NCBI GenBank assembly: GCA_964036045.1
Contig: OZ038378.1
Span: 5,022,001-5,086,000 of the forward strand
Length of the DNA: 64,000 nucleotides
Reading direction: 5' to 3'
Source: Eutreptiella sp. 'Long Island Sound 2002'
Taxonomy: Eukaryota > Protista > Euglenida
In this document: in pieces, positions 11,101-38,068 of the stretch
Position numbering within the stretch: position 1 is the stretch's first letter
Layout of the letters: each line of letters starts with the position of its first letter
Made by a program: the position numbers and the translations under genes
Notes under the pieces: generated by a model
Seen by the model: the letters and a program-made list of their open reading frames with translations, nothing else
The model's database searches: none
Told to the model about the DNA's origin: nothing

Positions 11101-14100
11101 AACATAAGAGATGCCAGTGTACCTAGCCACAGCGAAGACACATGCAAAAAAAAGGCAAGAATAAAGTTTGTCCTTAACTCGAAGTGTGAATGCCGTACTC
11201 CCCTTCGCTTAGCATACGTACAGGACATGCATCACTCGACATGGTGTCCACATCCACAACCTCCTTTTGGCTATGTACAGCCACACGGCGATACTTCTTG
11301 CTTTGCGATGGGAGTTCTGTGCTGCCGGTTGATGAGGAGGACGAATCAGAACTATCTCCACTTATAGTAGAGCCACTGGATATGTATTGGGCGAATCTCG
11401 AAAAAGATACCACGAACCTATAGGAAAGGATGCACAACAACACATACTCATGCACTAGAAATGAGGGCAAAGCATGCATGCAACTTATATATATGCATAG
11501 CAAAGCTCATTGTTTCGGGTACTAGGCACTACTATGCAGGTTGGGCATGGTCCTGTACAAACTTTGTGCACAGCGCGGGCACAACGCGCAAAACGCCCCC
11601 CTCAGTCCTGAGAATTGTCTGGCCTGGGGGTTGTATCTCTCATCTCTCTCAAGTACTGCTGTGTCACTCCTTGACTGAAGTAGCGCTCTCCTTCTCTGCA
11701 AGACCTAGGCTGCGTCCTCGGCATCCCCTGTCCCACTGCCCTCTTCTCATACCATCTCATCCCGTTAGTGTCCTCCCTTCCAACAAACCATTCCCAGAAA
11801 TGTTCTTGCGCTTGGTGTGGCGGCTCCGGCTGTTGTGTTGGTGGCTGTGTTGGTGGCGTGGCCGGTCTCCTAGTGAGGACTAGTGAGGTAGCCCTTTTTG
11901 AGCTGGTATGGGGAGGCCGCAAAATTACAACAATTTCTGGGTGACCCCCAATAACCCGCAGGGACCCTTTGGTTGTTGTTGGGTGATCACTTGGTGACAA
12001 TGGGTGTACATATAAATCCATGGGGAGCCATGTAGAATTGGCTGGGCCCTTCTAGTGGTGCTTACTGTCCCGAAAGCGCTGTTTTGGGCTTCTTTGCACC
12101 ATGGGGGAATGCTTGCCCGGCGCGCGCCTGGCGCCTACCCGGCGTGCTACCTTTGTATTAGGTATCCTATCGCTAGCCCCAAGTTTATCCTCACCTAGGG
12201 AAGTCCCCCAGGTAGACTGCACTAGACCGCAAACCTTCCATGCAAAGCACGCTGCATAAGCTGAAATCCACTTCCAACCACCACCCTTGCCATCATCATA
12301 CACTGGGTGCAAAGGACGGGCCAGATTCTTAGACACAGCGAGAAGGTACTCCAGATTGTTTGGTGAGGGGGGGGGGGGGTAAAAACAGGCACCGGTGGGG
12401 AATGGTAAAAAAAAGATGCCCCACGCGCTAATACTCCCCCCATGGTGGGCAGAACTTGGTCGGCCTGTAGCCACCAGGTTGCCTGCAAGCCACTGTCTGA
12501 CATCCCTCTAGATGACGCTGCCAATGACTCGGCCCCTCGCACTACAAAAAACTCATGGCCACAATATCGTCATAGCCTGTGAACATCGAAAAATGGAAGC
12601 TAGTTGCAAAGCAAAGGCATACACACATGAGCCATGGCACGATCACAAGATGACATGCAAAAAGCATTGGACATACCCCCAGGGGGGTAGATCAGGAAGA
12701 TTTGCAGGTTCTACACTCCATATACAGACACAAGCTTCAAGTTGTATGTGAACGCAGGTGCCGTTGGCATCATCAGAGCATTGTCCATGTCTGTGCGCGG
12801 ACGCAGGGCACAAATTAGAGGGAGCATTTGCCAAGACCATGTAGCAAAAAGAGAGAAATAAAAAACATGGGACACAAAGCATGTGAAAAAGGAGGATCGG
12901 CTTGAGGGCTTTTGGTGAACTGTGGTGGCATATTAGCAAAATAGGCCACACCCCAGTATGTACAACAACAGGGCGGTCTGAGCTATGAACTTGCACCGTG
13001 TAGCAAGAACCTACTGCACTGCAGTGCTGCCCAGGTGGGGCAATGGCGCCGCTTGCCTGCCAAGGCCTCGAAGAGAGCTGTGCCTGCACTGTGCTTGCGT
13101 CTGCCGCAACAAGCCGGATGCACGTTGCCGGCATCAGCGGACAGCTTGATGGGGCATGTGCGCTTCACTGGCTGCCCCCCGCCTTTTCTGACATGGGGAC
13201 GGGGGTGTCTGTGTGTGTGGGAGGGAAGGCATGCCCAGAGGGGCAGGCACCTACTAACCCCCAGGCCACTGATTCGCAGGAGTAACACTGCAGGATTGGG
13301 CAGCCAGGCACGGCAAAGGCCGACGGGTGACTACATCTGTCAAGGAGGGAGTTCAACATGGCTTCACAGGGAGAAGCTCTATCTATGGGGGCAGCAGGAA
13401 GAGCCTGTGGACCGCAGCAGGACTAAATTATCGCTGAAATCCGCAACCCTCCCAACCTCACCGCCCTAAAAGGACCTCACTACGTTTGTGTAGATGTGTG
13501 TGTGCGTTTGTGTGTGGTGGGGGTATCATCCTCTGAATAGAATCCAACAATATCATCCCACAACCTCCGGGTCTGAGCTCCACACACAGCATGGGATGCT
13601 TCATTTTGTGGGAATGCCACCTTCCTCCCCATAAATCCTGTTCCATGAGGGTTGCATACCCAGCAGCCGGTACAGGTGAAACGCCGTGCAGGCCATTGCT
13701 TCAGGAACCCTGCCAGAGGGGCCATGAAGCACTGCACTCATTGCTCAAACCGCAAGGGTCTGCTCATGGGCAGCAAACCACATGCTCGTGTTCAAGCCCC
13801 TGCTGCTGAGCACTTGGCCTGGAACCAAGTCCATGTGCGCACCCCATCCAGGTCACGGTGGCCAATCCCAGAAGGGGGGGAACCTCATCTGGGGCCCTGG
13901 CCGACCCATCCCCCCACCCACAGGGCCATCCTTAATGCCCAAACAAGACCTGCCAGCCTGCAGCATGCCTGGACCTCACAGAGGGACAGGCAGGCAACAA
14001 CTGCGGTCCGATACCGGCCAATTTGTGTCGGTTGGCCATCCACTGCCATCGGAGGACTGCCAGCCCCCCTCCATGACGCAGCTTTGCCACCCGGGCTGTC

Positions 14101-17100
14101 GTCCCTGGAAAAGATACCTCATTCTTTGCTACAGCCCTGCCCACCCACCCACATCCAACATCGAGTGCGCTCTACACTGTGCACATCCCCAGATCCCCCA
14201 GATCCCCCAGCCACCTGCAAGAACTGAAAGAGGGTGGACAGAACACAAAAAGGGTGTAACACATGCTTCACAAGTGGTTTTGATCACTGTTGAGGCTGAA
14301 AGCTGCAGTTTGTGCACTGGCCATTTCTCGGCTTTCAATCAGGCCATGACCGGACCTACACAGGGCTACAGGCCGAAAATTCGTGTTCTCGAGTCAATCC
14401 CCCCTTCCCCCCCTTCCAGTCATCTGCCGGAACTCGGGCCCGGGACAAGACTTTCTTGACTGACAGGGGGAGGGCGCTGGGAAAGGGAGGGGTCGAATTC
14501 TCACTATGCAAAAAAGTGTCCACTGTGGAATTGATTAGAAGTAGTAGGACAAGATTGGTAACCCAACGAAACAGCATTTTCCCCTTGATTTGTAATCCTG
14601 CGATGAGGCTGCAATTGCTGCAGTTTTATTGTGCGCTGAAATTTTAGCTGAAATTCAGCACGGTGCAGTTTTGCACTGAAACTGCAGAGGTCCCCATTTC
14701 TTAGTCAAAAACGGAAGCAGTCCACAGTTTTGGACACAAAATCGCACCAGCCGCGTTTGATCAAAGACGAGGCGGCAAAAAAGGGGACCTGCAGGATTTC
14801 AATCGCACAGACTGTGTTCAGTTTATACCAATTTCGAAACATGAAGGTTCCGCAGAGCATAATGACCAAAGAGGTGTACACCAGTGTGTCAAGGGAATCT
14901 CAAGCCAATCGTAGGCGAGTACGTTCAAATCAGCAACATGGTGTGATCTAACGCATGACTCTTCGCCCAAACCGTCAAGGGTTGAGCACGTGGAACCACA
15001 TTTGCATACACTTAAGCCGTAGCGGCACAAGGCACATGGTTAAATCACAAGGCAAGGGCAGAGGGCATGGGGCATAGGAGGGAGGAAATGGCAGGGAGCG
15101 AGAGCACCAAAGCACAACAGAGAGGCACAGCGAAGTGGGCCTCACCTTGGCGCTCGCAAACTTGCCAGATTTAAGTGTGGTAATGCTGGGAACTAAACGG
15201 GTACTTAGTAGATACCACTGGTCCTACAATTGGGAAATCAAGAACCGCCCACAAAAAAAGTGGCACATCCAAAACATTTCACCCCCCCCCCCCAATTGCC
15301 CCCAGTGCTTTCTCACAGCCGGGCTGATCTCACAACATCGCAGACATTGCAGATGCATCATGTGGGACCGCGGGGCTCCTGCACCACGACACGGGGCCGG
15401 ACGCACTCACTGAGGGGATGTCGGTTCTAATGTCTGGTGATCGTGGGGCATGGACGAGGCGTGTCCGTGGCACAGGTCCCCGTGCTTTCTTGGTCAGTCG
15501 TTGCGCACACACGGTGGTTCCCTCATGCCCCCGAAGGATATTCAAGGGCGACTACTGTCCAGGCACCGCCGGGTGATCCCTTACCGCCAAGACGTAACCA
15601 AGATGATCAAAAAAATGGCCGGATGTGTTCATGGGTGTCTGAGGGCGCGAGCAGAATGGCAGCTCATAGTATGAGCTGTAGCACTCTGTCCCCATGCCAC
15701 CCCCCCATCCCCCCACTTTCAGCCCTAGTGGCCGTCAGTCAGGGGACCACCAACCCTCCGTCAATCAATCATCGATCTGTGCAACTGACTCCAGGAGGTC
15801 GCGCTGTCCTTCATAAGGGAAATACAAAGGGGTGCAACGAAAAGGGGAGGCTTGAGCACCGCGTGTGCACTGCATGCGCACTGGTGGTGCAGAGGGTTGG
15901 CACTCCTTTGCCAGTCGACCATGAAAAGAAATGGGGAGGAGGGGTCCTTGTTTTGCTTGTGTCCTCCCATCCCCCCTCCGGGACCTGGGTACTGTTGCAG
16001 ACCACGACACATACTCCTGCCCACGGCCCACCAAAACAGCCGCACGCTAGATTGATCATCTGTATCAAAACACTCTCACATAATGGGAAGCTGACTGGCA
16101 GCTCACTTCAAATGATCAACTGTAGACAGGGACAGTGACCGTGGCTTGACCTGTTCCCCTGATGGAGGTCCGTCCCCTCCCTGAGACGTGATGTAAGCTG
16201 TCTCTGACTCTGTATCTGCTGTGGCAAAACTAAAGTCAATTGCTTAACTGTAGATTGGAAACAGGAGGAAGGTGTTATGGGCATTGGCGGGACGAGTAGA
16301 CCAGGGGTAGGCTGCTACGGCCCCATAAAGTCCTGGACAGGCTGATTTCTCCCGGCCTGTCCAGTCCCCCGGAATGCGGTTGGACAACTTTTGATACCCC
16401 CTGGTCAGGAGACTGCATCTTGCTGTATGATTTGCCATCTCTTGCATGCCAGTGGGCCTTGCTGCTCAGCTGGCTTTGCTCACCAGCACCGGCCGGCGGA
16501 CAGCAGGACAGACCAACAACGCTCTCGGCGGCACGAAACAGTGCCAGCTCACCAAACAGGATAGGCGGCGGTCCACCGATCATGGTTCAATTGTCTGATT
16601 GAAGGTGCTGTGCAGAGAGTGTGCGTGCATGCATACGTTTTCAGCTCGCACGGGCCAATGGTTCATCCAGAAAGCCAGAAAGGAGTCGACGGGCAGCATG
16701 CAACTGACACAACACCTACCAACTGGTGGGCCAGCACTGTGTATCAGTGCACTTCACATCCGTCCCTCCAAGCCTCCATTCCGTGACACAACGCAAAACC
16801 CTTTTGCCCATGCGGGTCGGGTGGGTGTTCAGCGCAGTCCAGAGCTGGGAATAACGTGGATGTATGCAACAGGTATGATACATTCACACATAATATGGAT
16901 GCACAGTCGGGGCTGTTCTTCGATCCAAGAAAAAAGAACGCATGTCGGACGCCGGCATGCCCGGGCCTCAGTAATGCACCGGCCGATCGCTATTCGCTGT
17001 CGGTTACTGGCTGACCAACGCCGTCGGCTGATCCATTCACCGCATTCAGGGCACCCCAAACCCCAGCCTGAGGTAGCTCATTCCCACGGGACAGCCCTAT

Positions 17101-17586
17101 GCAGGCTACATCTTCCCACGCCTCTTCCCACACCTGGGGAGAGTCAGATCAATGAGGCTGTTCCAGTCCAGTGCAGCCGCCCGTGCTCAGCACAAGCAAA
17201 AGCACTCCTGATGCTTGGACTACCACTGCGGCTGGGACGAGACCTTGGCTCCTGTGCCACTGTCGTCACTCGTCACTCGTGCGGCGGTACCCCTTCGTGT
17301 GCACTGAGAAGGACACGTGAGACGGCCACCCATGTGCTGCTCTCTGATTTCGCTCTGCAATTGGCGGGCGCGCCAGAAAACCAGAGCCCCACATGCATAC
17401 CATGCCAGAGCACCACATTGAGGGGGCGGCTGCAGGACGTCACTGTGCAGTCTTTGGGAATCGGAACATGCAGGACATGCAGAAGCAGCACAGGGACAGA
17501 ACAAACCTCTGGGAACTACATATGGTACTGCATCTCAAACGGGAATTGCCCTGCACCGGAACTCAAGCAGATTGCACCGCAACGTA

Positions 17587-18190
17587 CCCCCCCCCCCCCG
17601 TGTCCAAGAACCAGCGATGTTTGACCGCGGAACCAGGGGTCGGTTCTTGCGCACACTTTTCCCCCTAAATTTGACCGCGGAACCAGGGGTTGGTTCTTGC
17701 GCACAGCCGTGGGCAACCCCGTACCGCGGAAAAAAAATTTTCCGGCGCATTGCGCCAGGACATGCATGCCCTCTCCTTTCCCACAGTTAACCACGTTGAC
17801 AAATGAACACCAAAGGAGTGAATCGCAGCTGACTGGGCTGTAGTGTGCCTTCCAACGTGCATGGGATGATCTACTGTTCACGTGAAACCCTTCTTCCTGT
17901 GATACACCATCCTGAATTCCTGTCTGTGGTGCTTCGGGGAAGGGGTCGAGAGCAGGGGGGAGGGGTTTAACGGGTATGTGCACCTGTGAGTGACTGATAG
18001 GGTCCCCCCTGATGGGGGGACCCATAGTAACACACATGAAATGATGTCCTGCACACCTGAATAGCTGTCCTACATCCACCAGAAACATGAAAAACCCACT
18101 ACCCTGGTAAAAAAAGTGATGCGAGAATTTGACCGCGGAACCAGGGGTTGGTTCTTGCGCAAGGTGGTTCTTGGACACGGGGGGGGGGGG
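17587..18190. mobile_element. MITE with TA target duplication (Tc1/mariner-like)
   Basis: TIR C12-GTGTCCAAGAACCA / TGGTTCTTGGACAC-G12, with TA on both sides. Internal 34-bp motif TTTGACCGCGGAACCAGGGGTYGGTTCTTGCGCA occurs three times (17620, 17670, 18128). Confidence 0.8.
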
Positions 18191-19529
18191 TAACACAGGA
18201 AGAAACAACTAAATTGTTGTACGGTGCCCACTGACATTTGGATGCGCGCACTTGCGCATGCACGCATTGGGACAGGCATGTATGGAATGACGTAGCACGG
18301 TAAAGATGCGAGAACCATTTCTCTTTCTCTCTGCATTTGTTGCTTTCTGTAGCAACGGGTATGTGCAGCCAGCACAGCATTCATGCATACAAAGGCCGCA
18401 GGGACAGCCCTGTGCATGTGCGTACGCCGTCGTTCATCATACATTCGGAAATACGTCTACACATGCTCATACACGCGAATACGTGTGTCCATATGCGCAT
18501 AGAAATACGCATGCACACACACATACATGCACAAAAACCAAGACACACAGACAGACACACAGACAGCCAGACAGACAGACAGACAGAAGACAAACATACA
18601 CCCATGCAGGCAGGCACGCATGCATCGTGTGCACGTACAGGATCTGATGTTGAGCATACATTTTGTTGATGTTGACCTGATGTTGAGACAGACAGCAAGA
18701 ACACACCGAGCATGCCGCAGGGGGCAATGCAGCACCTAAAGCCCTGCGAGGAGAACCTCTGGGCAAGAACAAGAGGGCACCGTAAAACTGCAAAGCAAAT
18801 GTGCGGCAAGGGAGGGGCGCGCATCACTTGACTACATGAAGCAGGCGAAAATGCGCTTGAGAAGAGGTGTGGGCAAAAGCCACAAGTGCAAGTGCACTGA
18901 CAGACCGGTACTGTTACACAGGCAGGGTACGCGTGGAAGACCGGGGATGCTCGCCCGGCACACAATCTGAGCAGCACTGAGGGCCACACCGCCCCCAGGA
19001 CCAGTGCGCCGCCCAGACAGCGGGCATCAAGGGGCCATAGAATTCGGCCTCGCCCGGCCTCTGCATCAGTGCCTCCACCTGCCGCATCCGTCTCCCTTGC
19101 CTGCTGCACCTTACTCCCCTCCGGGCGCATCTGCTGCACCCTTGCTCCCCTGTCTTGATACCACCAAAGAGGCTTCTCTCAGCACATTACACCAAAAAAA
19201 TCTGAAAGAGAGAGGGGGGGGGGGGCGAGGCACTAAGTCCACGCAACACTGTTCAGCGGAGAGGGAAAGCCCGGCCCACCTCATCCCTCCCAATGGCTGC
19301 TGAAGCAATGGGCTGGCGCCGCATGCGCAGAAGAAGTTAGGTCACATTGTGCGGAACAAACTTGCAGCCCCAAAGAAACGCAGAACACCGTCTGCACACT
19401 GAAAGCAAACGGCTAATGCCTCTAGCGCTTGCGCGCCCGCACGCGCGCGTGTGCAGTCGTGTGTGCGCAACACAAGGATTTTCCTGGAAAACAGGAGTTG
19501 GTACCAGAGTTGGTTACCACACGGGCCCC

Positions 19530-24292
<4,763 letters not shown>

Positions 24293-24903
24293 CTGCAGTT
24301 GTAAGGAAGGGGGGGGGGGGGGGGGGCTGGTTAAGGGGCGGGGGAGGGCTGAGACCCAATCGAGCGGCTGGGGGATGGGGGGGGGGGTTGGTATGACGCC
24401 ATGGTGTATTGTTCTCGTCTGCAGCTGGCAGCGCCTACTGGGCGATCGCCATTCGCTGCCCTTCCCTTGGACCCTTTCCCTCCATAGGCGGTGGTGCCCA
24501 TCGGCCTCTCACCACCCTGTGACCTTCCTCCTTGCCCTATCCTTCCCTCTTTACTTCCCTTTCCTTTCCCTTGGCCTTTCCCTCCATAGGCCATGGTGTC
24601 CATCAGCCTCCCACCACTCCTTTCCTTTCCTTTCCCTTGGTCGGTTGTGCCAACAGAGCCCCCGGAGTTGCCCTGTTTCACTTCTCTGTATCGAGTCCAC
24701 ACAGAGGAAGGCAACTGCCTTCGCCGTTGGCCAGGTGCGTGGGATGGGATGGGGTGGGGGGGGGGGGGGGGGCTGCCATATCAGAGTCAGGCCCGAGAAC
24801 CTGAACCAAAAAAGAAGCATGTCCCAGGGGCAGGGCATATGGCACAGGGCATCGGCCGTATGCGGGGCGCACGGCGCAGGGCATCGGGCACAAGACCGGC
24901 GGG

Positions 24904-34120
<9,217 letters not shown>

Positions 34121-34679
34121 AATCACACAGCATGACTGCGGGCACGAAGGGCCAACAGGGCACAAAAGGGGGGATAGCGGGGTGCACAGCGGGCACACGA
34201 GGAAGGGGGCAGGCAGTAGTGTGGGACAGACGGGGAAGAGAGGGCATACCGTCAAAATGCACAGTGCTACGGCACGCCCTGACTGTCCTCATTGGGTGGT
34301 CCATGCGCTTCTTCGGTAAACACAAGTGATTTGGGGGGGATAATTGCGCCGCACACACCTTGTGAGGTGGTCATCCCGGACGACCGCCTATTCACAGCAA
34401 TGCAAGACTCACCAGGGAGGGTTGCTCTCATGTAGAAATCCTCGTGGTATCCCCAACCCTGAACGGCATCAGCCCTCCAAAGAGCTACCCCCTCCCCCAG
34501 GTTTCCTTGCATGTTGTTGCTCAAAGTGTAGATTTGCCAAAGATTCAACACAATGCTTAAAAAAAAAAAGCCTTTTTGCCTTTTTTGGGGCCCCTTGGAA
34601 AAAGGGGTAGTTCTGGGGGTTTTGGGGCTTTGCCCCAGTACGGCTGTTTCAGTTTGTTTTGAGAAAGCGGCGGCTGGGG

Positions 34680-34943
34680 CTGGGGGGGGGGGTTGGCAGT
34701 CTGTCTAGCAAACTTGGCACTTGGTACACGTCCCGGGGGGGCGACTACAACCGGTCCTGATGCGACCCACCCCCCAGCTATCTGTCAAAACTTGGGGGGG
34801 GGCAGTTGGGGGGGGGGGGGGGGGGGTCCAGCCGGGGGTCGGGGGGGGGGGTCCTGCCGGGGGTCGGGCGGGGGGGTTGGCCAGGGGTCAGGGGGGTGTC
34901 CAGCCAAGGGTGAGGGGGGGGGGGTGGTTAGGGTTAGGGTTAA
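34680..34943 (+). repeat. G-run-rich MITE-like end followed by (TTAGGG)3
   Basis: Many G tracts, then GGTTAGGGTTAGGGTTA at 34926-34942. Confidence 0.6.
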
Positions 34944-35021
34944 GGTCACCGAGCTGGTGGAACCAGTCTTGGTTTTATAACCCTCTTTAGGGTCTAGGGT
35001 GGACCTAACAGGTTTAGCAGC

Positions 35022-35060
<39 letters not shown>

Positions 35061-36103
35061 GCACGCGCGAAATGGCTAAAAATCAGAATTCCGTCGTGGT
35101 GCTTCACATTCGGGTGAAATTTTGGTGGATGATACCTATGGGTGTGAAGTACAATCACACAAAGTTTGAGCAAGAAACTCAACGGTGGCGGCCGGGAACG
35201 GGATTCGCAAGTGGCGGACCTCAGTTTCAAAAACTGCATTTTACGGCCAAAAACAGCCATTTTTGGGCCAAAAAAGCCCTGGAACACATTCAAAACGGCC
35301 AAACGAAGGGAAACGGTGGGTACACTCCACATGCAGCTTGACTTCCCCGTGTCAACGAGCTCTTTGCGGCCCTCTAACTCCACCATATGTCCCGGAAACG
35401 GCCCAAAAAGGCCCCCAGAAGCTCCAAATGCCGACAGCCACAAACCAAGAATAGGCCATATCTTTGGCTACATGGCTCAAAATGCGATTCCGAGGGCACC
35501 TACTCCACCCGCAACCCCCCACTTTTTGTGGTTTCCACCCCTCAGAATTGCCCAAACGGACGCCTAGACCCCAATACCTAGGCCCACTAGGCTGCGGCAA
35601 GCTGCAAGCTCAAGCCCAAACAGGTGGGTGCCCAAATGGGTCAACAGGGTCCATTAGGGGCAAAAAAACCGACTTTTCTCAAAAATGATCCTAGACCATG
35701 TGCAACGCTAAAACAAGTGTTTTTGGACCGTTTTGAGCTTGTGGTGGCCCATTTTGGTCCTCCGAAAATCCCAAAATGCCCTGAAAATGGGCTGTTTTGG
35801 GACCAAAAATGGGTCAAAAATGGGTCAAAAACGCATTTTTTCCAAACCTCATCCTAGACCATTTGGGGTGCACCAACGGTTGAAATGAGCCCATTTGGAG
35901 CCCATTTCGGAGGCATTTTGGGGGCATTTTGGCCCCTCAGAAGTCCAAAAAAAGCCTTGAAAGTGGGCCTTGTGGTGAAGGGGATCACGAGCAAGCTGAT
36001 TCCACTCTGTCAACAGCCTTCAATGTGTGACTCATTGGTGTCCCTCACCATTCATAGCTGATGTTCCCTCCCCCACCAGCTCGGTCCCAATATTCAGTCT
36101 TGA
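34944..36103 (+). mobile_element. Non-coding element with 13-bp subterminal inverted repeats, flanked by TTAGGG arrays (unit 1)
   Basis: ACCGAGCTGGTGG at 34948-34960 and CCACCAGCTCGGT at 36073-36085. (AGCA)n near the 5' end. High similarity to unit 2. Confidence 0.75.
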
Positions 36104-36126
36104 TTAGCCCTAGGGTTAGGGTTAGG

Positions 36127-38068
36127 GTCACCGAGCTGGTGGAACCAGTCTTGGTTTTATAACCCTTTTTAGTGTCTAGGGTGGACCTACCAGGTTTAGC
36201 AGCAGCAGCAGCAGCAGCAGCAAGCAGCAAGCAGCAAGCAGCACGCGCGAAATGGGTAAAAATCAGAACTCTGTCGTGGTGCTTCACATTCGGGTGAAAT
36301 TTTGGTGGATGATACCTATGGGTGTGAAGTACAATCACACAAAGTTTGAGCAAGAAACTGAACGGTGGCGGCCGGGAACGGGATTCGCAAGTGGCGGACC
36401 TCAGTTTCAAAAACTGCAGTTTAGGGCCAAAAACAGCCATTTTTGGGCCAAAAAAGCCTTGGAACACATTCAAAACGGCCAAACGAAGGGAAACGGTGGG
36501 TACACTCCACGTGCGGCTTGACTTCCCTGTGTCAACGAGCTCTTTGCGGCCCTCTAACTCCATGATATGTCCCGGAAACGGCCCAAAAAGGCCCCCGGAA
36601 ACTCCAAATGCCGACAGCCACAAACCAAGAATAGGCCATATCTTTGGCTACATGGCTCAAAATGCGATTCCGAGGGCACCTACTCCACCCACAACCCCCC
36701 ACTTTTTGTGGTTTCCACCCTTCTGAATTGCCCCAACGGACGCCTAGACCCCAATACCTAGGCCCACTAGGCTGCGGCAAGCTGCAAGCTCCAAACAGGT
36801 GGGTGCCCAAATGGGTCAACAGGGTCCATCCAGTAGGGGCAAAAAGATGATTTTTCTCAAAAATGATCCTAGACCACGTGCGACGCTAAAACAAGTGTTT
36901 TTGGACCGTTTTAAGCTTGTGGTGGCTCATTTTGGTCCTCCGAAAATCCCAAAATGCCTTGAAAATGGGCTGTTTTGGGACCAAAAATGGGTCAAAACTG
37001 GGTCAAAAACGCATTTTTCCAAACCTCATCCTAGACCATTTGGGGTGCACAAACAGGTGAAATGAGCCCATTTGGAGCCCATTTTGGGGCATTTTGGCCC
37101 CTGAGAAGTCCAAAAAGCCTTGAAAGTGGGCCTCGTGGTGATGGGGTTCACTTGCAAGGTGATTTCACTTTGTCAAGAGCCATCAATGGGGGAGCCTTAA
37201 GCGCAGTGCGCGCGCAGTGCAACTATTTGGGCGTCTGGCCGTACTAGAGACCCATACTTTGTGATACTAGGGGCCCCTAGGGGCATCATGGTGACCCCTA
37301 GCGTAGGTTTTGACTTCTGATTTTGTTCCCCTTCTTTTGGGGACCCCCGAGAATGCAGGGATGACGTAGCATATGGAGGGGATCCGGTACGGAGTTGCAT
37401 GAGTACGTGCGTGTACTCTTGCATTTGCAGCAATTTTTGATTCGAAGACAGGTACGGTACCCTCCATATGGTCCGTGGGAACACGTACCTGCACATGTAT
37501 GGACCGCACCTACACAGGAGGACAATGATGATGAGGATGTTGTGGGTGATGATGGGGATGTTTGTGCCCTTTGTTGCACCAAGTTTGACCGTGAAAAGAT
37601 GTCCATGTGTGACAAGTGTGAATTGCAATATTGTACGGATTGCATAGACACGCACACATGTGACAGTGTGACATTTCTTTGATTCTGCAACTGTGTCATG
37701 TTGTGCACACAAGTTGCGTATTCTCAATGTGTACTTAGTTGACAATGGACCAGAAAGACAGTTGTGTGTTCTTGAGGGTGGCGACCAATGCGCTGTTCAT
37801 GGCCTTTCCAGATGTGCATGATGTGTGTTATGTTCAGGGAAGGTGGTTTGCATCGTTCTTGAGCTGGGGCAGTTTGGGTCACCTAATTCTAAGGGCGTTT
37901 CCAAGGGGTGTGCTTGGGGGCTCTTCCGGGGGAACATAGTCTAAAAGTAGCGCGCAGTGCGCGCGCAGTGCAAAGATTCCCCCAATGTGTGAATCATTCT
38001 CGATGTCCCTCACCAGTCATAGCTGATGTTCCCTCCCCCACCAGCTCGGTCCCAATATTCAGTCTTGA
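36127..38068 (+). mobile_element. Unit 2 of the TTAGGG-delimited element, carrying a nested insertion
   Basis: Subterminal IRs at 36130-36142 and 38038-38050. TTAGGG arrays at 36111-36127 and 38069-38086. Confidence 0.75.
37188..37983 (+). mobile_element. Nested non-autonomous DNA transposon (GGGGGA...TCCCCC ends, AAT or CAATG TSD) with a Cys-rich ORF remnant
   Basis: Absent from unit 1. Identical 22-mer GCGCAGTGCGCGCGCAGTGCAA lies just inside both ends in direct orientation. Internal VCALCC..MCDKCELQYCTDCIDTHTC. Confidence 0.6.

Noticed and set aside
16599-17624. 341-aa ORF
   Set aside because: No recognisable motifs, composition typical of non-coding GC-rich DNA, and it runs into a MITE.
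17620-18162. Three 34-bp repeats as a possible CRISPR array
   Set aside because: Spacers are 16 and ~424 bp, the repeats lie inside a TA-flanked MITE, and there are no cas genes in this eukaryotic context.
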